A DNA stretch of 57,814 bases from Blastocatellia bacterium (GTDB lineage: Bacteria > Acidobacteriota > Blastocatellia > RBC074), in the NCBI GenBank assembly GCA_044221525.1, contig JBGAPB010000003.1:1-57814 (forward strand), in the 5' to 3' direction. A model generated the notes under the pieces. That model was not told the origin of the DNA. It saw only the letters and a program-made list of their open reading frames with translations, and ran no database searches. The translations under genes and the position numbers were made by a program. This document shows, piece by piece, positions 8,784-17,497 of the stretch. Every line of letters begins with the position of its first letter. Within the stretch, counting starts at the first letter, position 1.

Positions 8784-10448
8784 TTACTGGCCGCTGCCTC
8801 CGGCAGTTGCCTCTTTTGCCTTCTTAGCGCGCATATTACCGATGATGGCCTCTGCCACTTCGCCCTTTTCGTCTTTAACGATTACCAGATCAGTATCGGA
8901 GTTTTGCAGGAAGAACTGCGTCTCGGACATCGGGGAGAAAACCATCTTTGGCTGCATGGGAACTTGCACAACCAGATTGTTTCCTTCGCGTGTCACTGCG
9001 GCAAACACACCTGGGCGAACTTCGTACTTGCCGGTGTATTTATCTAGCACTTGCGGGTCGAGCTTGGCCACGGGCGGCATCTCAGTGACGTAATCAATGA
9101 AGCCCATCATCATCTCGTCGTAAGTAGGTTCACCGTGGCGAATGTCTTTGGTCGGATCAGGGTTGAATTTGTTTTTCGCGGAGTTGTCAAAATAACCCGT
9201 CACCATCAACCGGCTGCCTGCTGGCAAACGCTTCGGTTGTGTCAGCAGGTAGTTGGTCTGCCAGGCGAAGTCATACGCCGGAACGTTCAACAGAACTTCG
9301 GACTTTCCGTCTGGATAGAAAACTTTGTATTCCATCGCTTTGCCGCGCAAGTGCATGTGCGGCTCCAGAGCGTAAAGCGTGGTGTCGCGTTTGAATGTTC
9401 GGCAAGCCGTCACTTTGTGGTTCTCGGCTCCGGCAGGAATTTTGAAGAAGATGTTGGCGATGTTGTTTGTCGTCACCAAACGTTGCGGCGGTTCTTTGGC
9501 AAAAACCAGGCCGATCATTGAACGATCTTTTTCAACCTGGGTATTGCCCAACGTCTGATTGGAGTAATGAATTTGGAATCGTATGGTTGCGCCAGCCGGA
9601 ATTTTGCGCGCCGTGCCAGCAGCGTAAACGTCAGGATTGCGCCCCGGAGCATATCCGACCAGCATATTGTCTCCGCCGCCGCGACGACCATTCGGGCCAC
9701 AGCCGTCGTCTTCGACAGGCTGATCGGCTTTCATTCGCATCAGGAAACCATCGCGGTAAAACGGCGAATTTTTCAGAGACATTTCCATTAGCTTCTGGCG
9801 CTGCTCAGGATTCCCGGCCATCGTCGGAGCGCCTTTCGGCACTATGAATGCGATGATGTGGTGAACGATCTTGCGATTGCCAGGGCGGGCTTCTGCCATT
9901 GTGATGTATCGGTCTTCGGTGAAATTCGTCGGCACGTCAAAGTACTGATATTCATCGGCTCCGGGCTTGTAAGTGTACTCTTCGGGAATCTGAACGATCA
10001 TATCGGGCGTCGTAATTCCCCAACCTTCGGTAAACTTCGGAGCAGGCGGCAAATCTTTGGCGTTGCCTTCGACCGCGCCGCCATCCACCCACGAAACTAT
10101 GGTGTCAATTTCGGCCTGCGTCAGAGACGGGTTGTTTTTGAATTCGCCGAAATGCGGATCGGCGTGCCAAGGCGGCATGACTCGATTGGCAACTTTCTCC
10201 TTGATGGATTTAGCCCACGGACGGACGTCTTTGTAAGCCAGAGCCGAAAACGGCGCGCTTTCGCCAGGGCGATGGCACTCCGCGCAGCTTTTGTAAAAGA
10301 TTGGCGCGATGTCTTTGGTAAAGGTGACGTTTTTCCCGACGTTCTTGGTGTTGGTGTTGTCGGCTTTGGTCGTGGAGATGTAGGCAAATCCTACGACCAG
10401 GCTCAAGGCGATAGCCGTGACGAACGAAGAAATTCTCTTGATCCGCAT
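8784..10448 (-). CDS. Secreted cytochrome c-fused copper type II monooxygenase with C-terminal DUF3471-like domain (first gene of array)
   Basis: Signal peptide; CAECH; IVHH; FQIHY; EPHMH; YDEMMMG; tail LDKYTGKY...VTREGNNLVVQVPMQPKMVFSPMSETQFF. Confidence 0.8.
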   Translation of the reverse strand: MRIKRISSFVTAIALSLVVGFAYISTTKADNTNTKNVGKNVTFTKDIAPIFYKSCAECHRPGESAPFSALAYKDVRPWAKSIKEKVANRVMPPWHADPHFGEFKNNPSLTQAEIDTIVSWVDGGAVEGNAKDLPPAPKFTEGWGITTPDMIVQIPEEYTYKPGADEYQYFDVPTNFTEDRYITMAEARPGNRKIVHHIIAFIVPKGAPTMAGNPEQRQKLMEMSLKNSPFYRDGFLMRMKADQPVEDDGCGPNGRRGGGDNMLVGYAPGRNPDVYAAGTARKIPAGATIRFQIHYSNQTLGNTQVEKDRSMIGLVFAKEPPQRLVTTNNIANIFFKIPAGAENHKVTACRTFKRDTTLYALEPHMHLRGKAMEYKVFYPDGKSEVLLNVPAYDFAWQTNYLLTQPKRLPAGSRLMVTGYFDNSAKNKFNPDPTKDIRHGEPTYDEMMMGFIDYVTEMPPVAKLDPQVLDKYTGKYEVRPGVFAAVTREGNNLVVQVPMQPKMVFSPMSETQFFLQNSDTDLVIVKDEKGEVAEAIIGNMRAKKAKEATAGGSGQ

Positions 10449-10516
10449 TTTCTTTAGCTCCCTCTCTGCGATAGTTAGTGTTGAAATTCAGGGTGTAAGC
10501 CCGCGATTGCGGGCAA

Positions 10517-10545
10517 AATTTACGGGTAAACTCAGGCTTAGTCAA
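10517..10545 (-). promoter_or_regulatory. Putative sigma70 promoter of the monooxygenase array
   Basis: Minus strand TTGACT (10545-10540), 17-nt spacer, TAAATT (10522-10517), about 70 nt upstream of the 10448 start. Confidence 0.6.
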
Positions 10546-10583
10546 CCAATCTTGTCCAATCTGCTCAATAACTTCCCGCGATT

Positions 10584-10661
10584 CTGACCGACGGGTCAGT
10601 GTAATTAGTTGACCGGTCGGACAGTTACCGCCACAGAACTGAATGAGCGTTCAATCAGTTT
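10584..10661. promoter_or_regulatory. Cluster of palindromic operator-like sites
   Basis: CTGACC-gacg-GGTCAG (10584-10599), related TTGACC-ggtc-GGACAG (10609-10624), and near-palindrome AACTGAATGAGCGTTCAATCAGTT (10638-10661). Confidence 0.5.
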
Positions 10662-10700
10662 TTTTCTTTGCCAGTGAGTGAACAAGACGGCTTGCAGGTT

Positions 10701-13001
10701 TCACTCGCGGGGTTTCTTTTCTTGCCTGTTCCAGTCTGGCGGTTCGACACCCAGCAAGTGATGAACAAAGAAGTCGTAACGCTTTTTGTCACCGTAAGTT
10801 CCTCCGGACGTGTGGCTGGCTCCGGGAATTATCAGCAGATCGAATTGTTTATCAGCTTTGATCAGGGCGTTGACCACCTGCATTGTTGAAGCCGGATCAA
10901 CGTTTGTATCCAGTTCACCAAGAATCAGCAGCAGCTTGCCTTGCAATTTGTGTGCGTTGTCCACGTTTGAAGCAGCGGCGTATTCCGGCCCCAGCGGCCA
11001 ACCCATCCATTGTTCATTCCACCAAATCTTGTCCATACGGTTGTCGTGACAACCGCAAGCTGAAACGCAGACTTTGTAAAACTCAGGATGGAAGAGAAGC
11101 CCGCCCAAAGAGCTTTGGCCGCCTGCCGATGTGCCGTAGATGCCTACGCGGGTGATGTCGTAATAGCGGTACTTCGCCGCTACTGCCTGATGCCACAAGA
11201 TTCGGTCTGGAAAACCGGCATCGCCCAGGTTTTTCCAGGCTACGTCGTGAAAAGCTTTTGAGCGATTCGACGTTCCCATCCCGTCAACCTGCACGACTAT
11301 GAAACCGAGTTCCGCCAGCGACTGCATCGGGTTCCACGGCGTGAAAACCTTTGGCACGAATGAGCTGTGCGGCCCGGCGTAAATGTTTTCGATAACAGGA
11401 TATTTTTTCAGTGGATCGAAATTCGATGGCCGGTAAATAATTCCCCAAATTTCAGTCTTGCCATCGCGCCCCAGCGAAGTAAAAACTTCTGGCGCTTTCC
11501 AGCCAGCTTTGGCCAGCTCAGTAATGTCACCGTGTTCAAGCTCCGACAGCAGTTTGTTGTCCGCCGTGCTGCGAAGTTCTGAAATCGCTGGCAGGTCTAC
11601 GCGCGACCATGTGTCCACGTAAAACTTCATGTCCGAAGAGAAAACTAAGTTGTGATTGCCGTCGGCTTCGGTCAGAGCGGTCAACCCAGTTCCATCAAAA
11701 TTGATCCGAAAGTAATGAATGAAGTACGGGTCTTTGCCCGGATGCATTCCGCTGGCTTGAAACCAGATTTGGCGTTTTTCCTCGTCAACCTTGTCCACGC
11801 CGCGAACCACCCAGTTGCCTTTGGTAATCTGATTTTTCACTTTGCCTGTTACGCCGTCGTAAAGGTAAAGATGGTTCCAGCCGTCGCGTTCAGACATCCA
11901 AATGACTTCTTTGCCGTCGGCCAAATCGTTGCGATATTTCTTGCTGGAATAGGTAAAAAAAGTTTTCGGTTCTTCGCTGATGAATGCGCGTGGTTTGCCA
12001 CTTGCGGCGTCAACCTCAATTACGCGGTAAACCTGATGGCCGCGCTGGTTGTATTCAAAAGTAAAGGCTCGATTGTCTTTGCGCCATTCGATGCGTGAAA
12101 GTTGATAAGGGTTCGGGAACAGAACGTTATCAACAGCCAACGCCTTTTTGCTTTCAACGTGGAAAAGCATTGGCTGAGGCTGGTCCAGCGCATCGCCGGG
12201 CTTCGCATAATCCATTGCATAATACTTCGGCTGAGTTTGATCGGCGGGCGAGGACTCCACGTATTGAATCTTTCGACTGTAACCCTGACGCACTCGATAA
12301 GCTGCAATCATCTTGGAATCGGGCGACCAAACCAGCGAAGCCAACGCGTAATAATTCCCTTCCGATCCATCAAAGCTAAGCGCCGAGCCTTCGCGTTTGC
12401 CTTTGGCGCGAATCCAGACGTTAAAGTTATTGATCCATGCTTCCCACTTTCCATCCGGTGAAACTTTGGCTTCGGCCTGCGGAAAGTTGTAACGCGGCCC
12501 AGGAATACCAATGCTAAGCGGAATGCCGCCTCCGCGCCGTTGTCCACGCTCGTCAGGCGCTTTTTTGACCGAATAATCTGTCAGGTCACAGCGCCAGCGA
12601 GCTTCGGCAATATTGAATTCAATAGCGCGTTCGTCATCAACAAAGGTGATTTCGCTGAATGGAAGTTTCAGCGCAGATGGCTTTTCTCTTTCGTTGGGTA
12701 AAACAGCAATCAAAGCCTCGGCAAGCTTTGCGTGATCGAAGGCGGGTTTCTTTTCCAAAGTTTCGGCGTTGACGAGAATGAACTCATTGCCGCCTTTGAC
12801 GGCTTTGCGATACCAGAATCTGGTGGTTTTGCCGATCCAGTTGGCGGGTTCAGGCACGTTGACGGCCAAACCGACCATCTTGTTACGAAGCCCATTGGCA
12901 CGCTCGTAATCGGCCTGAGTTCCCTGCGCTTGGCCCAAAATTGGCAGCAGCAGGCTGAAACAAAAAACGGTTGATAACAAAAATGGGATTCTGCTTTTCA
13001 C
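10701..13001 (-). CDS. Secreted S9 family peptidase (dipeptidyl peptidase IV-like, DPPIV_N propeller + Peptidase_S9)
   Basis: GTG start with AGGAGG RBS; signal peptide; [12 protein letters not shown]; IYAGP; nucleophile GTSAGG; Asp in GELDTNV; His in PGASH. Confidence 0.92.
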   Translation of the reverse strand: MKSRIPFLLSTVFCFSLLLPILGQAQGTQADYERANGLRNKMVGLAVNVPEPANWIGKTTRFWYRKAVKGGNEFILVNAETLEKKPAFDHAKLAEALIAVLPNEREKPSALKLPFSEITFVDDERAIEFNIAEARWRCDLTDYSVKKAPDERGQRRGGGIPLSIGIPGPRYNFPQAEAKVSPDGKWEAWINNFNVWIRAKGKREGSALSFDGSEGNYYALASLVWSPDSKMIAAYRVRQGYSRKIQYVESSPADQTQPKYYAMDYAKPGDALDQPQPMLFHVESKKALAVDNVLFPNPYQLSRIEWRKDNRAFTFEYNQRGHQVYRVIEVDAASGKPRAFISEEPKTFFTYSSKKYRNDLADGKEVIWMSERDGWNHLYLYDGVTGKVKNQITKGNWVVRGVDKVDEEKRQIWFQASGMHPGKDPYFIHYFRINFDGTGLTALTEADGNHNLVFSSDMKFYVDTWSRVDLPAISELRSTADNKLLSELEHGDITELAKAGWKAPEVFTSLGRDGKTEIWGIIYRPSNFDPLKKYPVIENIYAGPHSSFVPKVFTPWNPMQSLAELGFIVVQVDGMGTSNRSKAFHDVAWKNLGDAGFPDRILWHQAVAAKYRYYDITRVGIYGTSAGGQSSLGGLLFHPEFYKVCVSACGCHDNRMDKIWWNEQWMGWPLGPEYAAASNVDNAHKLQGKLLLILGELDTNVDPASTMQVVNALIKADKQFDLLIIPGASHTSGGTYGDKKRYDFFVHHLLGVEPPDWNRQEKKPRE

Positions 13002-13079
13002 GTTGTGTTCCTCCTAAAAGCGCGAAATTGACACGGCAAACACAACGACGCTGACAAAGCAAAAAACCAATTTGTTTGT

Positions 13080-13130
13080 ATTGTGGTTGCGGTGACTTCC
13101 GCTGGGCGCGAAGTATACCGCAACCACAAT
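13080..13130 (-). terminator. Long hairpin downstream of the polysaccharide locus
   Basis: 14-bp perfect arms attgtggttgcggt / accgcaaccacaat plus inner acttc/gaagt pairing, about 30 nt after the 13158 stop. Confidence 0.6.
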
Positions 13131-13157
13131 TGAATTCACTGTCAGTGATGACAGCGG

Positions 13158-15983
13158 TTAACGTTTGAACGAAGCCGTAACTGGGGTTGAACCAATTACC
13201 ATCACGGCATTTGCGACAGTGCCGTTTAGCTGATCTATCCACGCGGCCGTAACCAGAGGATAAACCGGCCTTGAACTGCTGTTGTAAAACAGCACACCGT
13301 TTTTGTAATAACTGACGACTCCATCTTGAATGGCCACGCGAAGTGTATCGCCTGGTTGATAAGGCACTTCGGTTTTATAAACTCCGAGTTCAAACACGGC
13401 TGCTTCGCCATTGCCAAGCATGATTGAAAAATCCAGGTTATTGGTCGTAACGCTCTTGCTTCCAAGCATTAGCCCAACCCACCTTTGCTTGTCGCCTTCA
13501 ATAGCAGTGAACTCAACATACCCGTCGCCCGACGAAATCTTTTGCTTGGAGTTGGCAGACGAACGACAGCCATCACAGCCCCAGGTTTTCTTCAACACAT
13601 TGCCAAGGAGTGAGACCCCTCTCAAGTTCGTCCACGTCACTGTTGTGCCTACGACGGAAACCGCAGTCGTGGTGAAGCTGAAGTTGCCTGAAACAGCAAG
13701 GTTTCCAGCCGCATCACGCGATTTGACGCGGAAATTATAAAGCGTTCCCGCCCCTAAACCGCTCAAAGCCATCGAATGGCCGGTTACGCGACTGGTGTTA
13801 ATTGCCGTCGTTTGGCCATAAGAAGTCGTCTGGCCAAATTCGATCTGCGAATCTGAGGCCTCGTTGGTAGCCCAGTTGATAGTCGCCGCTGACGTAGTAA
13901 TTGAAACCGCCGCCACTCCGCTTATGACAGGTGGCGTAGTGTCCGCTACAGGCGGCGGAGGTGCCGGGGTTGGTGTTGGCGTCGGCGTTGGAGTCGGCGT
14001 CGGTGTTGGTGTTGGCTTAATTGCGATAGTTCGAAAAGTGAAGTTTGGCGATACAGCCAACGTGCCAGTGCTGGTTTGCGATTTGACGCGGTAGTTGTAA
14101 ACCGTGTCGGCTGCCAGACCACTGATAATTTCAACGTGACTGGTCAGCAAAGTTGGGTTGAGCACTGTTTGCTTTCCATAAGTGCTGGTTGTGCCATATT
14201 CGATCTGGCTGTCTGTAAACTGATTAGTCGTCCAGGCAATCGTCGCACTGGACTCGGTTATAGAAGCTGCAACTACATTGGTGATAGCCAGTGCGGGCGT
14301 AGGACTCGGGGATGGACTTGGTGTAGGGGTCGGTGTTGTCAATCCAGTCACGCGCCCCAGGTCTTGCCCGTCAGTCCCTGCATTGTGATAAGCACTGGTT
14401 GTCGTCAGCCGGTAATCCCCTCCGGCGAAGTTAACAAAGCCAATTCCACTCAATGGCGATGGAAAAAAATTCCCGGTCGGGTAAATCGTCGCTGAGCCGC
14501 CAGCCAAAATATTTTTACTAAAGGTGGCCCCTGGGAAATACGTGCTGATCGTTCCATTACCCGGAGCCATGTTGTCTCCTATAACGCCATATAAATTGTG
14601 AGAGCTGATATTGTTTGTGTAAACAAAATTCGGGTTTGCCAATCCGTAGGCAGTTATCACATTCCCGCTGTGAATAATTGTGTTGTGATCCACCACAACA
14701 TCAGGCGAATTGGTTAGCTGCAAAAACCGCCCGTGCGTTCCTCCCCATTTAGCGCCATCAATGTCATCCCACAAATTATTGCGGATCAGCAAGCGTTGTA
14801 ATTGATCGCTGATTTGAAGGTTATCTTTCCCCAGCAGATTGATCCCTGCGCCACTGTGCCTAACAGTATTATTCGTAAAAGTCACATCACGCGTCACAGA
14901 CCAGGGAGCCGTGCCATCCTGATTTACACTTTTCAAAACCACTGCAAAACCATCCTGAGCGTCTGCCCAGTTGTTTTCCATCAGGTTTCCGTCAATCAAA
15001 ACTCGCTGGGCATTTTTCAATTCAAACAGGTTCTTAATAGACCAGTGAAGCCCGGCATAGCTGGGGTCTCCAGCTTTCCATTTCAACGGCTTGTAAAGGT
15101 GGTTATTCCGAAATTCAATATCGGAAGGAATCAACCCTGAAATGGACGGATCGGCACCACCAAGCATAAAGTTTTCGCCAGAACCTTCCAGGTAATTATT
15201 GACGATCTTAAATGGGCCTGGGCCATTCCATCCGCCAATCGCCTGAGTATCAAAACCTACTCCGTGGATTTCAGAAATGAACGAATCAATAATTGCGGTA
15301 CGGCCGCTGTTTAAGCCAATGCCGCGCGATACATCACCCGTGGGATTTCCATGAATGTAGCAACGATCAATAATCAGGTCTTGTGGCACCAGGCTCATTG
15401 AATTTTGCGCACCGGAACCGTCGCCTAAATTTACAATTCCATAATTCAACGCTGCACTAGATTGGATTCCGATTTCCAGACCAATCAAACGGTAATTATG
15501 TGCTCCCGGCATTGTCCGAATCGCGGCTTCGGTATTTGGAGTCATAATCTTTGGCATTAAACCAGAGTTTTGTGGCGCGATGCGTGTGCCTTGGGCAGGT
15601 AGATTGCTATCAGGCGTCGAAGTGCGTATTACAATCCAGCCAGTTCCCGACTTATTGGGCAAAGTAAAATTGCCGGTAAATGTAGCGCCGGCCTGCAACG
15701 AAATCGTGTCGCCAGGCACTGCTTGATTAATCGCCGCTTGCAAATCACCACCAGCATTGACTGTGATTGTGCGACCTATCGGAGGCGTGTAGTTGGTATC
15801 GAGTGAAATGCGTGGCAACTCAGGGGTTGCCGCTACTGCAGCAGCGATAACTCGCGCGTTCATCCCAGTAATACTTGCGATTGAACTGAAAATCTTATTG
15901 GAGTTAAAGGATAAACACTGGATTAACAGTGTAAAAAAGAAAACCCATTTGATCGTCAGTCGTGTTTTGCTTCCACTTTTCAT
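13158..15983 (-). CDS. Secreted right-handed beta-helix (pectin-lyase fold) protein with Pro/Thr linkers, two Fn3-like repeats and a C-terminal beta-sandwich domain
   Basis: Probable ATG at 15983 after GAGG. GDLQAAINQAVPGDTISLQAGATFTGNF cap, Asn-ladder repeats, PT repeats, two related ~90-aa Fn3-like units (SATIAWTTN...SQIEYG...YNYRVKS and AATINWATN...SQIEFG...YNFRVKS). Confidence 0.75.
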   Translation of the reverse strand: MKSGSKTRLTIKWVFFFTLLIQCLSFNSNKIFSSIASITGMNARVIAAAVAATPELPRISLDTNYTPPIGRTITVNAGGDLQAAINQAVPGDTISLQAGATFTGNFTLPNKSGTGWIVIRTSTPDSNLPAQGTRIAPQNSGLMPKIMTPNTEAAIRTMPGAHNYRLIGLEIGIQSSAALNYGIVNLGDGSGAQNSMSLVPQDLIIDRCYIHGNPTGDVSRGIGLNSGRTAIIDSFISEIHGVGFDTQAIGGWNGPGPFKIVNNYLEGSGENFMLGGADPSISGLIPSDIEFRNNHLYKPLKWKAGDPSYAGLHWSIKNLFELKNAQRVLIDGNLMENNWADAQDGFAVVLKSVNQDGTAPWSVTRDVTFTNNTVRHSGAGINLLGKDNLQISDQLQRLLIRNNLWDDIDGAKWGGTHGRFLQLTNSPDVVVDHNTIIHSGNVITAYGLANPNFVYTNNISSHNLYGVIGDNMAPGNGTISTYFPGATFSKNILAGGSATIYPTGNFFPSPLSGIGFVNFAGGDYRLTTTSAYHNAGTDGQDLGRVTGLTTPTPTPSPSPSPTPALAITNVVAASITESSATIAWTTNQFTDSQIEYGTTSTYGKQTVLNPTLLTSHVEIISGLAADTVYNYRVKSQTSTGTLAVSPNFTFRTIAIKPTPTPTPTPTPTPTPTPAPPPPVADTTPPVISGVAAVSITTSAATINWATNEASDSQIEFGQTTSYGQTTAINTSRVTGHSMALSGLGAGTLYNFRVKSRDAAGNLAVSGNFSFTTTAVSVVGTTVTWTNLRGVSLLGNVLKKTWGCDGCRSSANSKQKISSGDGYVEFTAIEGDKQRWVGLMLGSKSVTTNNLDFSIMLGNGEAAVFELGVYKTEVPYQPGDTLRVAIQDGVVSYYKNGVLFYNSSSRPVYPLVTAAWIDQLNGTVANAVMVIGSTPVTASFKR
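13960..14016 (-). repeat. Coding Pro-Thr dipeptide repeat (linker)
   Basis: Encodes KPTPTPTPTPTPTPTPTPAP with mixed codons. A second PT/PS linker lies at about 14293-14340. Confidence 0.85.
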
Positions 15984-16570
15984 TGGCACCTCAAAAATAT
16001 GATGGAAAGGCAGAACAACTTGCCCTAACCCAGTTTTGTTATTGGATAGAAGGGGAATTTTGCGATTTTAGGGTCGGATGCTTTACGGCGAGCCAACTAA
16101 TACGGGGTGTATCAGCACGCCAAGGCGGGAGAAAAAGGGCTATACGGCACGCGCTGTTTGGGCAAACAGACAATTACCGCGTCAGACAACTTACTTCAAG
16201 CCTAGTAATTTTGGGGGAAAACAGAAAATAACAAATCAGAGAGACGAATTGGCGAGAGAGAGCAACCGTCAATTCAAATTTTACAAGTGGTGAGAAGAAG
16301 GGATCAACAAGACGGGCGGATTATACTTAATGAGAAAGGCTTGTAAAGCGGTTTTTGCCAAGCGCTGAATTTTGCCCTGACTGAAGATGGCTGTCGTATT
16401 TTCAGAAAGGGCCCATCGTGAGGAAATAGTTTTCATCAAAGACCACTTCTAAGTCATTTGATTTGGACACCTTAGTCTGCCTGGCTTTTTGGGACGAAGC
16501 GGTTTTATCGCCAGCCAGTCCAGGGTGTCCCGTTTTCTGCGTCAGACCGACCTAAGCCATCTGGGTGTAT

Positions 16571-17416
16571 TCATCGCTGAGCTGCAAAAACGTATTCGTT
16601 ACAGCCAAGGCTTCCGGCATTAGTAGTCAACTTATTTAGAATAAAGCCTCTTTGCCTAAAGAAGTTGAAAATCTCTTCAGGTTTAGCCACCTCAAACGGG
16701 TAACCGCCGATCCAATCTATTAGGTCATGCCAGTAACTCATGCCTCGATCAGCGCGTTCGGCATAGTTAATGACATAATCAAAATACTGCCCAGGGTTCC
16801 CCTTCAAGCAGGCAAAAGCCAGAAACTTCAATTCTCGCGGCCCCATCACAAGAGCGGTGTAGATCGGGCGAATAGGTTCTGGCAGCTTGTTGTATATGCG
16901 CTTGAGTGTTGTCCAGCGGCGGCTCCATCCACCCTGATCGTTGTAAATAGCGATAAACAATTTTCCATTGTTGGCAACCAGAGGTGTTACATTTTCAATT
17001 GCCTGCCACATTGCACCTGTGTGATGGAGTACTCCCCAAGAGTAAACAACATCAAAGTGTCCCAAACCAGCCAAATAATCTTTGTCCAAGGCCGAAGCAT
17101 TTTCGACTTTCCATTGGGGATCATGAGGAAAATAGCGACTTCTAAGTTCAACAGTACAAGCCACTGATTTTGGGTCGTAATCGAAGGAATGAACCTTTGC
17201 ACCCAACCGTCTTGCTGCCAGGCTGAATAAGCCGCTACCGGAACCTACATCAAGAAATGTCTTGTTCTCCAGATTTTCGACTTCAAGCATTTCACACAAC
17301 GAGCGTTCCGCCAGGTTAATGCGATCTTCGTTCAACACAGACAAAAATTTCGACCAGTTTTCGCCAAAAGAGAAGCGGTCTCCGGCTTTGATTTCTTCAG
17401 AATGTAATTGACTCAT
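16571..17416 (-). CDS. Class I SAM-dependent methyltransferase (UbiG-like)
   Basis: FLDVGSGSGLFS motif I; FDVVYSWGVLHHTG; GKLFIAIY. Confidence 0.88.
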   Translation of the reverse strand: MSQLHSEEIKAGDRFSFGENWSKFLSVLNEDRINLAERSLCEMLEVENLENKTFLDVGSGSGLFSLAARRLGAKVHSFDYDPKSVACTVELRSRYFPHDPQWKVENASALDKDYLAGLGHFDVVYSWGVLHHTGAMWQAIENVTPLVANNGKLFIAIYNDQGGWSRRWTTLKRIYNKLPEPIRPIYTALVMGPRELKFLAFACLKGNPGQYFDYVINYAERADRGMSYWHDLIDWIGGYPFEVAKPEEIFNFFRQRGFILNKLTTNAGSLGCNEYVFAAQR

Positions 17417-17497
17417 ATTTATCCAGAATTATTGAATTTTGTTGTGGGCACAACTTTAGAAAGTAAAAAGATACTTGTTGCAGACATGGCCGAAAAG

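Noticed and set aside
1962-10448. Calling the array redoxins/thiol-disulfide isomerases or multiheme cytochromes
   Set aside because: Each gene has one CxxCH (with His) followed by a distal Met motif, no thioredoxin-fold motifs, and PHM-like Cu ligands.
13960-14016. Repetitive GTTGGC/GTCGGC tract as a contingency microsatellite or CRISPR-like repeat
   Set aside because: Degenerate codons encoding an in-frame Pro-Thr linker; no spacers.
15990-16570. Short plus-strand ORFs and a possible sigma54 or riboswitch leader in the gap
   Set aside because: ORFs lack RBS or motifs; cggcacgcgctgtttg does not fit TGGCAC-N5-TTGC and is on the wrong strand; no riboswitch consensus recognised.
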